NCBI GenBank assembly: GCA_001803235.1
Contig: MHBL01000459.1
Coordinates: 4,840-68,839 of the forward strand
Direction of reading: 5' to 3'
DNA: 64,000 nt
From: Lentisphaerae bacterium RIFOXYA12_64_32
Lineage (GTDB): Bacteria; Verrucomicrobiota; Lentisphaeria; Oligosphaerales; YB12-FULL-65-16
Shown piece by piece: positions 9,835-19,004 of the stretch. Within the stretch, counting starts at the first letter, position 1. Each line of letters begins with the position of its first letter. The notes under the pieces are model-generated. The model ran no database searches. It was not told where the DNA came from and saw only the letters and a program-made list of their open reading frames with translations. The translations under genes and the position numbers were made by a program.

Positions 9835-9926
9835 TACTTCAGGTAACGTTACGGTAAATCAACGCCCCGGCCGCATAAGCGACGGGGCGGAGCGTGGTTA
9901 GCCTCGGCCCTCACCCAGTCGCCCCA

Positions 9927-10715
9927 ATGCCTGACAACATCTACCTGAGTCTCACCCGCCAGTTCAACGCTGGCCGTGTCCGTGCGGTCGTCTGTTCGGG
10001 GCAGGCTGCCGTCCTGCACCGGGTCGCCATTATGAGCAAGGACGGCGACTGGATTCTGCGCGAGGACGAGGAAGCCCTGTCTCATGTGCTTGGGGTCTTG
10101 ACCAAGCACGGCGCGCGCTATCGTTTCGGTGCGCCCCTTGACCGCCGCTGGTTGGCGGGCGGGTGGAGTGCGCATTTCGAATTCCACGCGGGGCCGCTGC
10201 GTGTGCGGACGGATTTCTTCACCCGCCCCCCTCGGCTGACTCCGGCCGATCTCGAGCGGCTCTGGGCCGGAGCAGAGCAAGCCGACATTCCGGTTGTCGG
10301 GTTGGTGGAGTTGGCGGAGCAGAAGAAGACCAATCGCGAGAAGGATTACGCGGTCATTGGCGAGTTGAGCCGGCGCATGACGGACCCACGCGACCAGTTG
10401 CGGTATTCGCGAAGCGCGCGTGACTTGATCGAGCTCAGCCGCCGGTATCCGGACTTGGTGCAGGCGTTACTGCCGGCGCGACCGTTGCTCGGCCTGATGG
10501 GTGCGGGGATCGAGCCATTGGAGGTCGCTCTGGATGCCGAGCGGCGCCAGGCGATGCACAGGAACGAGGACCGCCTCGCCGTCTTTACCCGGGCCGCGTC
10601 GGCCTGGGCCAGCGCCTGGCCGACCGTGGAGAGGCAGATCGGCGGCCAGTCGTTGCGCGACGCCCATGTGACCGTCATTCGCCACGCGGAGCAGTTGTTG
10701 CCTTTTGCCCCATGA
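9927..10715 (+). CDS. Putative nucleotidyltransferase-fold protein
   Basis: VCSGQAAVLHRVAIMSKDGDW resembles the GG-A-H...T-D-D NTase motif; KKTNREKDY resembles the C-terminal K..R.KD motif; start at ATG 9927 is chosen (alternative GTG 9894). Confidence 0.5.
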   Translation: MPDNIYLSLTRQFNAGRVRAVVCSGQAAVLHRVAIMSKDGDWILREDEEALSHVLGVLTKHGARYRFGAPLDRRWLAGGWSAHFEFHAGPLRVRTDFFTRPPRLTPADLERLWAGAEQADIPVVGLVELAEQKKTNREKDYAVIGELSRRMTDPRDQLRYSRSARDLIELSRRYPDLVQALLPARPLLGLMGAGIEPLEVALDAERRQAMHRNEDRLAVFTRAASAWASAWPTVERQIGGQSLRDAHVTVIRHAEQLLPFAP

Positions 10716-10912
10716 CAACGCCTCTCTACGACGGCCGCGATGAGTTCCTGAGCGAAGAGGACCTGGATCTTCGCAGCCTGACGCAGGATGAGTTGGTGGC
10801 TGCCTGGAACTTGTGGCTGGAGCAGGCCCAGATCACCAACGACCTGGACGCGCACGAGTACGCGCATGGGGTTTTTGTCCGCGTCCCCGCCTCCTGCGGC
10901 CTACCTGAGTAG
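10712..10912 (+). CDS. Small acidic hypothetical protein (66 aa)
   Basis: ATGA overlap with the upstream stop; 5 bp before the next ATG. Confidence 0.6.
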   Translation: MTTPLYDGRDEFLSEEDLDLRSLTQDELVAAWNLWLEQAQITNDLDAHEYAHGVFVRVPASCGLPE

Positions 10913-10917
10913 GTGCC

Positions 10918-11517
10918 ATGCCCCAACTCGACAAACACGCGCTGTACGAGCTCGACATTCTCGAGCACGTCGAAAAGGACAGTCGGCTGAACAACCGGCT
11001 GGTGGCGCAGAAGCTGGGGGTCAGCATCAAGCTCGCCCATGAGATTCTTAAGCGCATGGTCCACAAGGGGTTGCTGCACGTGAAGGTGGTGCATTCGCGG
11101 CGATGGGACTATTTCCTCACGCCGACGGGACTCACGGCGAAAGCGCGGTTGACCCTGGAGTTTCTCGATTTTTCGATGCATTTCTACCGCGAAGCCCGAC
11201 GCCGCAGTTCGCAGGTGTGCCGGGACCTGGCGGAGTCGGGTGTACAGGAGGTCGCGTTTCTGGGCTCGGGGGACCTGGCGGAGATTGCCTACCTCGGGAT
11301 TCAGCAGTGGGGCTTGAGGTTGGCGGCGGTCTACGACGAGCATGCCGACGGGAAGAGGCGGTTTATGAACATCGTGGTGCGCCCGCTGGCCGCTGTGTCC
11401 GAGGCTGCCGGCGGGGCCATTATCATCTGCGCGTATGACGCGACCATGCCGATGCGCAAGGGTTACCTGCCGGAAGGGCTTGAGAGGAGCCCCGGAATGC
11501 GCTGGGTCTTCGAGTAG
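10918..11517 (+). CDS. Winged-helix (MarR-like) EPS-associated transcriptional regulator
   Basis: ELDILEHVE...NRLVAQKLGVSIKL...YFLTPTG..AKARLT wHTH plus a Rossmann-like C-terminus (VAFLGSGDLAEIAY); sits at the head of the polysaccharide locus. Confidence 0.75.
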   Translation: MPQLDKHALYELDILEHVEKDSRLNNRLVAQKLGVSIKLAHEILKRMVHKGLLHVKVVHSRRWDYFLTPTGLTAKARLTLEFLDFSMHFYREARRRSSQVCRDLAESGVQEVAFLGSGDLAEIAYLGIQQWGLRLAAVYDEHADGKRRFMNIVVRPLAAVSEAAGGAIIICAYDATMPMRKGYLPEGLERSPGMRWVFE

Positions 11518-11568
11518 GGCGGGCGGAGCGTCGAGGAGCCTGAGGTGGCGTCAAGACCACGAAGAATG

Positions 11569-11740
11569 CGACGTGTGCAATAAACGGAACACGGGCACGA
11601 CACCTTCTGACCGTACCGCGGGCGGCCCCCCGCCCGTGTCTCGGCACGTGGGCAGCACAAGGTTCGGGTGGCGGCCGGAGGGCCGCCCGCGGTACAGTAT
11701 CTCAGACGAGCCGATCTCGCTCCCCTTGTTGCGCAGGTCG
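11569..11740. mobile_element. MITE, CGACCTGTGC family (CAATAA subtype), with a GTACCGCGGGCGGCCC hairpin pair
   Basis: Ends CGACGTGTGCAATAA and TTGTTGCGCAGGTCG; TSD GAAGAATG/AAAGAATG (7/8); internal perfect 16-bp inverted repeat at 11613-11628 and 11680-11695. Confidence 0.7.
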
Positions 11741-11745
11741 AAAGA

Positions 11746-12411
11746 ATGAAACCCAAGTGTCTCACTGGCGTGTACGTGGCAGTGCTGGATCTGCTCAGAT
11801 CCTCGACGCTCCTGACCCGCGTGATCTACGGGGTGCGAGTAGAACGGAAGATCCTGTCCCTCAACTGGGATCTCACGACGATCGTCCTCAAGAAGGCGAT
11901 TGACACCGAATTCGGCGCGGCGGCAAGGGATGTCCTTGACATGGGATGCGGGCACCTTGCCATCCTGGGGCAATACATCAAGAAAAGGCATCCCGAGAGT
12001 CGAGTGACGAGCGTTGACATCTACCAGGAGCTCCTGGACAACGCAGCGCTCAACGCGCGGGAAAACGCTGTGGCCATTTCGTTCGTGCGCAGCGACCTCT
12101 ACGAGAATGTCAAGGGTCCGTACAATTGCATCGTGTTCAACCCTCCGTACATACCCGTCGACTCCAAGCCCCTGCCTTATCCGAAGACGGGCTATTCGGG
12201 GCCGGACGGCACCGAAACCATGCGTGCCTTTCTCGGGCAGTCCAAGCCCTACCTTGCGCCGGGGGGCATGATCCTGCTTGGGGTCAACTGCTTCTATGTG
12301 CCGTACGAGAAGGTCCTCGCGATCATTGACGAATACGGGTACGTGGTCAGGAATGTCGTGTCGCGACGTTTCAACACCTCGAAGGCCTTTGTCATTCAGC
12401 CGAACGGCTGA
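11746..12411 (+). CDS. Class I SAM methyltransferase, HemK/MTS-like
   Basis: VLDMGCGHLAI, VDIY, SDLY and VFNPPY motifs; ATG 11746 lies within the right-hand TSD copy. Confidence 0.8.
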   Translation: MKPKCLTGVYVAVLDLLRSSTLLTRVIYGVRVERKILSLNWDLTTIVLKKAIDTEFGAAARDVLDMGCGHLAILGQYIKKRHPESRVTSVDIYQELLDNAALNARENAVAISFVRSDLYENVKGPYNCIVFNPPYIPVDSKPLPYPKTGYSGPDGTETMRAFLGQSKPYLAPGGMILLGVNCFYVPYEKVLAIIDEYGYVVRNVVSRRFNTSKAFVIQPNG

Positions 12412-12417
12412 AGGAAA

Positions 12418-12705
12418 GGCATGGTTCAAAGGTTCACCGTTCCGGGGTTCACGGTTGGTCGAATCCGTGCTTGCATTCGAAGTGACTACGCAGGTGGATG
12501 GGCTGAAGGGGCTTAGGCTGAAGGAAGAATCAGGCGGAGTCGTACGAAACTCGACGCGTTCTACCCGGATGACGGCTGCGGGTGGGTTCGATTCGGACCG
12601 TCAAGGCGCTCCACCTTCAGCCTAACAGCCTTCAGCCTGAGCAACCTGAGTAGTTACCATACCGATAGCCCCACAACCTTGAACCTCTGAACCGTGAACC
12701 CTGCC
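12418..12705. mobile_element. Type C heptamer element (TIR GGCANGGTTCA) containing a nested type D element
   Basis: TIRs GGCATGGTTCA and TGAACCCTGCC; TSD GAAGGAAA/GAAGGGAA (7/8) at 12410-12417 and 12706-12713. Confidence 0.7.
12482..12657. mobile_element. MITE, GTRACTACTCAG family, interior type D (GGCTGAA heptamers)
   Basis: Ends GTGACTACGCAGG and CCTGAGTAGTTAC; close reverse-complement homolog of 14430-14605; degenerate TSD CATTCGAA/CATACCGA. Confidence 0.75.
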
Positions 12706-12718
12706 GAAGGGAACGCGC

Positions 12719-14455
12719 ATGAATGTCCTGGGGCTCAGTTTCCACTGCTATGACACATCCGCGTGTCTGTTCCAAGACGAGCGGCTGGTTGCCTTTGCCG
12801 AAGAGGAACGCTTCACGCGCGTGAAGCATGCCGTGGACGTGTTCCCGGTGAATGCGCTGAAGTACTGCCTGAAGCAGGGCGGGCTTTCCCTCGAAGAAGT
12901 GGACGCCATCGCTTTTGGTTTTGACGTCGACAGGCACGACAGCGGTGACATGCGGAAATTCTATGACTCGATGCCCTACGACAAGGACGAAGGGACGAAG
13001 GCCTGGGAGCGCCACAATATCGGGCTGTTTTCGGCGGAGAACATGAAGGCGTACCTGCAGTTGAAGCTGCGGAAAGCCGGCCTGACGTGCGCGCTGCCGC
13101 CGTTGAAGTGCTACTCGCACCACCTGAGTCACGCTGCGAGTGCCTACTACTGCTCGGGGTTCCAGGAGGCCATTACCATCACCATGGATGGCAGTGGCGA
13201 CGACAATGCCGCGGTCCTGTGGAAGTGCGGTGGCGACAGGATCGAGGAAGTCAAGGCGATCAAGATTCCCCACTCTCTCGGCTGGCTCTATGCCGCAATC
13301 ACCGAATATCTGGGTTTCGACGCGAACAGCGGTGAGGGCAAAGTCATGGGCTTGGCGCCCTACGGGGCCGCCGTCCCCGAGGTCGAGGCGGCGTTCGACC
13401 AGTTGATACAGATCCGTCGGGGCGAGTACAGCATTGACCCGTACAGCATCTTCTACGGCAAGCACACCTACAACCCGCGCTTCACGGACAAGATGGCGGG
13501 GCTGCTGCCCATTCCGCCCAAGCACAGCAAGGCGGACTTGTTTGCGGGCTACCAGAACATCGCGTTCAGTCTGCAGGACCGGCTGGAGAAGGCCGTGATC
13601 GAGCTGACCCGCTTTCTGGTGGACAAGACGGGTATCCGGAATTTGTGCCTGGGAGGAGGGGTCGCCCTAAACTGCAAGGCGAACGGCAAGATCTGGGCTC
13701 AGTGCGAGTTGGACGGCATTTTCGTCCAGCCGATAAGTTCCGACGCGGGGACCTGCTTGGGGGCGTCGCTCCTGTGTCTGAAGGACCACGGCATTTCACC
13801 GCGCATCCCGTTCACCCATGCGTACCTGGGGCCTGAGTACAGCAACGAGGAGATCCAGCGGGCGCTGGACGCGAACAAGCTGACGTACCGGAAGCTCGAG
13901 AATGTCCCGCGGGCCGCCGCGGAACTGCTGCGCGACGACAAGATCATCGGCTGGTTCCAGGGGCGCATGGAAGCCGGCCCGCGCGCCCTAGGCGGGCGGA
14001 GCATACTGGCAAGTCCGCTCAAAGCCGACATGAAGGACCGGGTGAACGATCAGGTCAAGTTCCGGGACCCGTGGCGTCCTTTCTGTCCGTCCGTGTTGTA
14101 TGAGAAGGCGGGCGAGTATGTCGAACACATGTGCTTCCATCCGTTCATGATTCTGGCGTTCAAGGTCAGGCAGGAGAGAGTCAAGGATATTCCGGCCGTG
14201 GTACATGTGGATGGAACCGCAAGGCCGCAGATGGTGAGACGAGAGGACAACGAACGGTACTACGAGATGATCAAGTGCTTTGGAGAAATGACCGGTGTCC
14301 CGGTGGTGCTGAACACCTCGTTCAATGTGAAGGGCGAGCCCATCGTGTGCTCGCCGCTGGACGCGATCCGGTGTTTCTACGGCACGGGACTGGACGCGTT
14401 GGTGATGGGTGATTTCCTCTTGACGAAGGGTCACTACTCAGGTTGTTTAGGCTGA
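12719..14455 (+). CDS. Carbamoyltransferase (NodU/CmcH/TobZ family)
   Basis: AEEERFTRVKH, HHLSHAASAYY, DGSGD, GGVALNCKAN, GPRALGGRSILA, KFRDPWRPF, LNTSFN; the last 9 codons come from an inserted MITE. Confidence 0.92.
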   Translation: MNVLGLSFHCYDTSACLFQDERLVAFAEEERFTRVKHAVDVFPVNALKYCLKQGGLSLEEVDAIAFGFDVDRHDSGDMRKFYDSMPYDKDEGTKAWERHNIGLFSAENMKAYLQLKLRKAGLTCALPPLKCYSHHLSHAASAYYCSGFQEAITITMDGSGDDNAAVLWKCGGDRIEEVKAIKIPHSLGWLYAAITEYLGFDANSGEGKVMGLAPYGAAVPEVEAAFDQLIQIRRGEYSIDPYSIFYGKHTYNPRFTDKMAGLLPIPPKHSKADLFAGYQNIAFSLQDRLEKAVIELTRFLVDKTGIRNLCLGGGVALNCKANGKIWAQCELDGIFVQPISSDAGTCLGASLLCLKDHGISPRIPFTHAYLGPEYSNEEIQRALDANKLTYRKLENVPRAAAELLRDDKIIGWFQGRMEAGPRALGGRSILASPLKADMKDRVNDQVKFRDPWRPFCPSVLYEKAGEYVEHMCFHPFMILAFKVRQERVKDIPAVVHVDGTARPQMVRREDNERYYEMIKCFGEMTGVPVVLNTSFNVKGEPIVCSPLDAIRCFYGTGLDALVMGDFLLTKGHYSGCLG

Positions 14456-14605
14456 AGGCTGTTAGGCTGAAGGTGAAGAGCCTTGACGGTCCGAATCGAG
14501 CACACCCGCGGCCACCATCCGGCTTGAACGCATCGAGTTCCGTACGACTCCGCCTTGTTCTTCCTTCAGCCTAAGCCCCTTCAGCCTATCCACCTGAGTA
14601 GCTGT
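14430..14605. mobile_element. MITE, GTRACTACTCAG family, interior type D
   Basis: Ends GTCACTACTCAGG and CCTGAGTAGCTGT; perfect TSD GACGAAGG at 14422-14429 and 14606-14613. Confidence 0.85.
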
Positions 14606-14623
14606 GACGAAGGAAGGTTCCCG

Positions 14624-15310
14624 ATGAGAGTCCTGCACTTTGGCGCACACGGCGATGACGAAGTCCTCGGAGTGGGAGGGACTCTGGCCAGGTACGCCGA
14701 CGAAGGCCACGACGGTTTCGCCGCGATCTTTGTCGGCCGGATGAACCGGCGGCTGGCCGAGACCATTGGGACACGGTACGACGACAATGTGATCGCGCTG
14801 AGGAAGCGGCAGAGCCAGGAGGCCGCTGGCATTCTTGGCCTGAAAGAAACGCGGTTTCTCGATTTCGAGGATGAGACGCTGGACGAGGACCTGCTCGGCT
14901 GCACACTGGCCACGGAGCGGCTGATCAAGGAGCTGAAGCCGAACGTGGTGTTCATCCACCACCGGGGCGACTCGAACCAGGACCACCGGGGCATGTTCAA
15001 AGCCGCGATTGTCGCCTGCCGGCAGTTCGCGGGCACAACCTTGAGCGACATCTATTGCTACGAGACCCTGTCCACCACCGAACAGTCACCGGTTTGCGCC
15101 GAGTACGCGTTTCTTCCCAACTACTACGTAAACATCCAGAGCACGCTGGAGCGGAAGCTCGACGCAATGAAATGCTACAAGGATGAGCCCTGCGCGTTCC
15201 CACACCCTCGGTCCCTGGAGGGGATCATGGCTCTTGCCAGGGTTCGAGGCATGGCAGTGGGGTTCACCGCCGCGGAGGCCTTTATGACGTATCGGCGAAC
15301 TTGCGTTTGA
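14624..15310 (+). CDS. PIG-L/LmbE family deacetylase
   Basis: HFGAHGDDEVLGVGGTLA, HHRGDSNQDH, YETLSTTE, FPHPRS, AEAF. Confidence 0.88.
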   Translation: MRVLHFGAHGDDEVLGVGGTLARYADEGHDGFAAIFVGRMNRRLAETIGTRYDDNVIALRKRQSQEAAGILGLKETRFLDFEDETLDEDLLGCTLATERLIKELKPNVVFIHHRGDSNQDHRGMFKAAIVACRQFAGTTLSDIYCYETLSTTEQSPVCAEYAFLPNYYVNIQSTLERKLDAMKCYKDEPCAFPHPRSLEGIMALARVRGMAVGFTAAEAFMTYRRTCV

Positions 15311-15374
15311 GGCGGGGCGGGAACCGGCGGGTGGTTCATGGCCTGGGAAAGGAGAGAGCAGTGGAGCGTCGGGT

Positions 15375-16280
15375 ATGAGCACCGATGAGATCTGCGGACT
15401 GGAAGAGAACCAACTATACCGTTTTCTCCGGTCCCTTGGTGTTTGCGCCGCAGACTCGGTGGAGGAGTTCTATCCCAGGGTCCGGGACCGCGCGGATGTG
15501 GCTGTTCTGCGCTGCCGGCGTTCGGGGGTGATCTTTCTGTCCCGGACCGACCATCTGGCGCCTTCCCGCCACCTGGCGACCGAGGGGCTTAACTACTGGA
15601 ACACGAAGACCCGCGAGGAAGCCGTTCTGAGTTGTCTGGCAGATGATCGCCGGCGCGCGTCTTTTCTTATGCCTTGGGTTGCCAACAAGCGGTGGCTTGA
15701 CTTTGGGACTGGAGTCGGCGGACTGCTCGACTTGCTTGTGGACCATGCCGCGGCAGCCTACGCCGTGGAGCCACAACCGGGCCCCCGAAGAATGCTTCAA
15801 GATGCAGGGTATCAGGTCTTCGCGGGGCTTGAGGACGTCACCGTTGAGGCCTTGGATGTGGTGACGATGTTCCATGTTTTGGAGCACCTCGTGGATCCGG
15901 TCGGAGTCCTGAAGGCGTTGCGGGTACGGCTGGTGCCGGGCGGCCGCATTGTCGTCGAGCTGCCACACGCCAGGGATTTTCTAGTCACGTTTCTGGACAA
16001 CGAGGCCTTCAAAGCTTTCACCTTCTGGAGTGAACACACGGTGTTACACACTCGGGAGAGCCTTCGCCTCACGATGGAGGCTGCTGGCTTCACGCACGTG
16101 GTGGTGGAAGGGGTGCAACGGTACCCCATCTCCAACCACCTGCACTGGCTGGCGAAGGGCAAGCCGGGGGGGCATCAGTGTTGGGGCATGCTCGACACTC
16201 CGGAGATGAATATGGCCTATGCACAGATGCTCAACCGGCTCGACTTCACAGACACGCTGATCGCGATCGGCGAGAAATGA
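15375..16280 (+). CDS. Class I SAM methyltransferase
   Basis: WLDFGTGVGGLL, AVEP, DVVTMFHVLEHLVDP, LVPGGRIVVELP. Confidence 0.85.
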   Translation: MSTDEICGLEENQLYRFLRSLGVCAADSVEEFYPRVRDRADVAVLRCRRSGVIFLSRTDHLAPSRHLATEGLNYWNTKTREEAVLSCLADDRRRASFLMPWVANKRWLDFGTGVGGLLDLLVDHAAAAYAVEPQPGPRRMLQDAGYQVFAGLEDVTVEALDVVTMFHVLEHLVDPVGVLKALRVRLVPGGRIVVELPHARDFLVTFLDNEAFKAFTFWSEHTVLHTRESLRLTMEAAGFTHVVVEGVQRYPISNHLHWLAKGKPGGHQCWGMLDTPEMNMAYAQMLNRLDFTDTLIAIGEK

Positions 16281-16465
16281 GTGAGCACCGGCACGCCGAG
16301 AAGAGTGTTCCGACTTCACGGGCGTGGCGTGATGTGCAGGTGTCCACACTCTCGGCCCGTGGAAGGGGTCGATACCCCTTGCCCGGGGTCGGAGGATGGC
16401 GGCGGAGCCCGTCATGGTGTATCGGCGGACTTGGTTTGTAGGCGGTTACAGAAGGAGTTGCCAGC

Positions 16466-17380
16466 ATGAACACAGCGAAACCGGCCGCAGTGTCCCCGAG
16501 TGTTGATGGCTGTCGGGCAGGGGCAGGAGCCCCCCCGTATTGCTTCATCATTGCCGAGATTGGCATCAACCACAATGGCGACCTTGGCGTGGCCAAGCGG
16601 CTGATCGAGGTGGCCAAGGTTGCTGGTTGTGATGCGGTGAAATTCCAGAAGCGCACCATTGACCGGGTCTACACGAAAGAGTCACTGGACGCGCCCCGGG
16701 AAAGTCCCTGGGGGACGACAAACCGGCAGCAGAAAGAACACTTGGAGTTTGGGTTGTCAGAGTACCAGGCGATAGACGTTCACTGCAAGACGCTGGGCAT
16801 CGAATGGTTCGCCTCAGCCTGGGACCTGGAGAGCCTGGCCTTCCTGGAACGGCTCAACCCCAAGCACCACAAGGTAGCCTCGGCCATGATTGTCGACGAG
16901 ACCTTCCTCCGCGCCGTGGCGGCTTGCGGAAAGTACACCTTCATTTCCACGGGGCTGTGCACGCTTGAGGATGTCGACCGCGCGGTGGCGATCTTCCGCG
17001 AGGCCGGATGCCCGTTCGAGCTGATGCACTGCGTTGGGACCTATCCCATGGACGAGGCCAAAGCCAACCTCCGGGTCATCGACACACTCCGGGAACGATA
17101 TGGGTGTCCGGTTGGGTACAGCGGACACGAGGCGGGGGGGCTGGCGGTCTCCTGTGCCGCCGCTGCCCTCGGAATCACCTCCCTGGAGCGACATATCACG
17201 TTGGACAGGACGATGTATGGGTCCGATCAGGCCGCATCTGTCGAACCGATGGGACTCATGATGCTGGTCGGTGCGGTCCGCAAGATCGCCGCCGCCATGG
17301 GCGACGGGGTGAAACGCTACCTGCCGGAGGAGAAGAAGGTCGCCGAAAAGCTGCGACAGCACCTGCCCTTGAAGTCCTGA
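16466..17380 (+). CDS. neuB: NeuB-family nonulosonic acid synthase (short form, no C-terminal SAF domain)
   Basis: IIAEIGINHNGD, DAVKFQKR, KVASA, STG, LMHCVGTYP, GYSGHE, LERHITLDRTMYGSDQAASVEP. Confidence 0.88.
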   Translation: MNTAKPAAVSPSVDGCRAGAGAPPYCFIIAEIGINHNGDLGVAKRLIEVAKVAGCDAVKFQKRTIDRVYTKESLDAPRESPWGTTNRQQKEHLEFGLSEYQAIDVHCKTLGIEWFASAWDLESLAFLERLNPKHHKVASAMIVDETFLRAVAACGKYTFISTGLCTLEDVDRAVAIFREAGCPFELMHCVGTYPMDEAKANLRVIDTLRERYGCPVGYSGHEAGGLAVSCAAAALGITSLERHITLDRTMYGSDQAASVEPMGLMMLVGAVRKIAAAMGDGVKRYLPEEKKVAEKLRQHLPLKS

Positions 17381-17416
17381 TTCGGGGACGTTGCGGGATC
17401 TCAAGAGGAGACGTTC

Positions 17417-18226
17417 TTGTTGTCGTCCGGAAACGTAAACCCCGAGTCCAGCGGCGGGCAAGCCGGGGCGAGCCGCAAGGCTGAGGGCCCCAGCGTCCTG
17501 CGAGACCCCGCCTATCTGGATGTCACCTATTCGACCCAGGTGGCACCTCGCGGCGCTTACCCGGACTGCCTGGGCCGCTGGCTGCTCGATCACGCGTTCC
17601 GAAGGCCGGGGCGTCTGCTCGATGTTGGCTGTGGCCGCGGGGATTACCTGGATGTCTTCAGCCGGCTGGGGTTTGCGGTCGCGGGGGTAGACATATCCCC
17701 TCGCGCCGCAGAGCTTGCGCCGTCGGCGGAAGTGCGAGTTGCCGATCTCGAGACCGAGCCGATGCCGTTCCCGCCGTCGAGTTTCGATTTCGTCTTCAGC
17801 AAATCGGTGGTCGAGCATCTTCGGCAGCCGGGGGGCGTATTCCCGAAGATCCTCGATGTCCTTAAGCCTGGCGGCGTAGCCGTCATCATGACCCCGAGTT
17901 GGGAACACAATTCCTGGGGGCCATTCTACATCGACCACACGCATGTGACGCCGTTCACCATTCTGTCGCTTGCGGACCTGTTCCAGACGACCGGCTTCGA
18001 AGCGGTGGAGGTGAGTTACTTCCGCCAGTTGCCATTCCTGTGGCGTTTTCGCTTCCTGGCGCCTTTGGTGTGGCTGCTGGCCCGTTTGCCCTTGCCGTAC
18101 CGGCCGTATCATCCTTCGGCGCCGTGGCCCGATGGGTTCAACAAACTGGTCCGGTTCTCGAAGGAGGTCATGATCCTGGGGATTGCGCGAAAGCCACTGC
18201 CGGGTGCGCAGAAGGAGAGTGCATGA
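17417..18226 (+). CDS. Class I SAM methyltransferase
   Basis: LLDVGCGRG, GVDIS, FDFVFSKSVVEH, LKPGG; start uncertain (TTG). Confidence 0.82.
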   Translation: MLSSGNVNPESSGGQAGASRKAEGPSVLRDPAYLDVTYSTQVAPRGAYPDCLGRWLLDHAFRRPGRLLDVGCGRGDYLDVFSRLGFAVAGVDISPRAAELAPSAEVRVADLETEPMPFPPSSFDFVFSKSVVEHLRQPGGVFPKILDVLKPGGVAVIMTPSWEHNSWGPFYIDHTHVTPFTILSLADLFQTTGFEAVEVSYFRQLPFLWRFRFLAPLVWLLARLPLPYRPYHPSAPWPDGFNKLVRFSKEVMILGIARKPLPGAQKESA

Positions 18227-19002
18227 GCGGCGCCCAGAACCTGACCGTGGCGATCGTTCCCGCACGAGCCGGGTCGAAGGGCGTTGCAGGCAAGAACATC
18301 AGAATTGTCGGTGGCCATCCGGTCATTGCCTACACGATTGCCGCCTGCCGACTGAGCAAAGAGATCGACCGGACCGTCGTGTCTACGGACTCACCCGAGA
18401 TCGCGGATATCGCACGACGGTACGGCGCTGAAGTGCCGTTCCTGCGTCCCGCAGAACTGGCGCGTGATGACTCGGGGGACATCGACTACGTGCGGCACGC
18501 CGTGGACTGGCTCGAGGAGCACGAGGGAAGCATTCCAGAACGGATTGCCCAAATGAGGCCGACGACACCGTTGCGGGATCCGGCGGTGATCGACCAGGGA
18601 ATATCGTTCTTCAAGGAGCACCCCGATGCCACGTCCATGCGTTCCGGGCACGAGGTGGCCGAACCGCCCGAGAAGATGCTCAGGATCAGAGACGGCTTCT
18701 TCGCGGGGCTCTTTCCGGAGGACCCACGCCCCGAGTACTTCAACCTGCCGCGCCAGGTCTTCCCCCCGGCTTACCATCCGAACGGGTACTTGGACATTGT
18801 CAGGCCCGAATTCATCCGCCGGACCGGCAAGCTGTACGGTGACAGGATCCTGGCGTTCGTCACGCCGTCTGCCATAGAGATCGACACGGTCGACGACATC
18901 GACTACCTCAACTTCCATGTCGGACGGGGTGGGCACAGGCTGCTGTCGTCCCTGGACGAGCAGGCTTCTCTCCGTGCCGTCCGCAGCCATCAGGAGTCTT
19001 AA
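18223..19002 (+). CDS. neuA: CMP-nonulosonic acid synthetase (acylneuraminate cytidylyltransferase)
   Basis: AIVPARAGSKGVAGKNI, VSTDS, VPFLRPAELARD, RPTTPLR, LPRQ, PNGYLDI, EIDTVDD; ATGA overlap. Confidence 0.88.
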   Translation: MSGAQNLTVAIVPARAGSKGVAGKNIRIVGGHPVIAYTIAACRLSKEIDRTVVSTDSPEIADIARRYGAEVPFLRPAELARDDSGDIDYVRHAVDWLEEHEGSIPERIAQMRPTTPLRDPAVIDQGISFFKEHPDATSMRSGHEVAEPPEKMLRIRDGFFAGLFPEDPRPEYFNLPRQVFPPAYHPNGYLDIVRPEFIRRTGKLYGDRILAFVTPSAIEIDTVDDIDYLNFHVGRGGHRLLSSLDEQASLRAVRSHQES

Positions 19003-19004
19003 AC

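Noticed and set aside
9243-9901. Small ORFs across the A, B and D repeats (also 38160-38493, 53026-53639, 62137-62709, 63263-63640)
   Set aside because: Their shared peptide text comes from the repeated non-coding elements, and no transposase motifs are present.
10904-10914. CCTGAGTAG resembling a GTAACTACTCAG-family end
   Set aside because: There is no partner end or TSD, and it is simply the last codons of the 66-aa ORF.
12418-14605. Heptamer repeats as flanks of a four-helix-bundle/Avd gene or a diversity-generating retroelement
   Set aside because: No such ORF, reverse transcriptase or template/variable repeat pair was found in the window.
12482-14605. Inverted D copies as an invertible segment or composite transposon around the carbamoyltransferase
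   Set aside because: Each copy has its own separate TSD, no shared outer TSD exists, and no recombinase is nearby; independent insertions explain it better.
16281-16465. Spacer before neuB with short hairpins (e.g. AAGGGGTCGATACCCCTT)
   Set aside because: No TIR/TSD, no second copy and no recognisable RNA motif; cannot be supported as an element.
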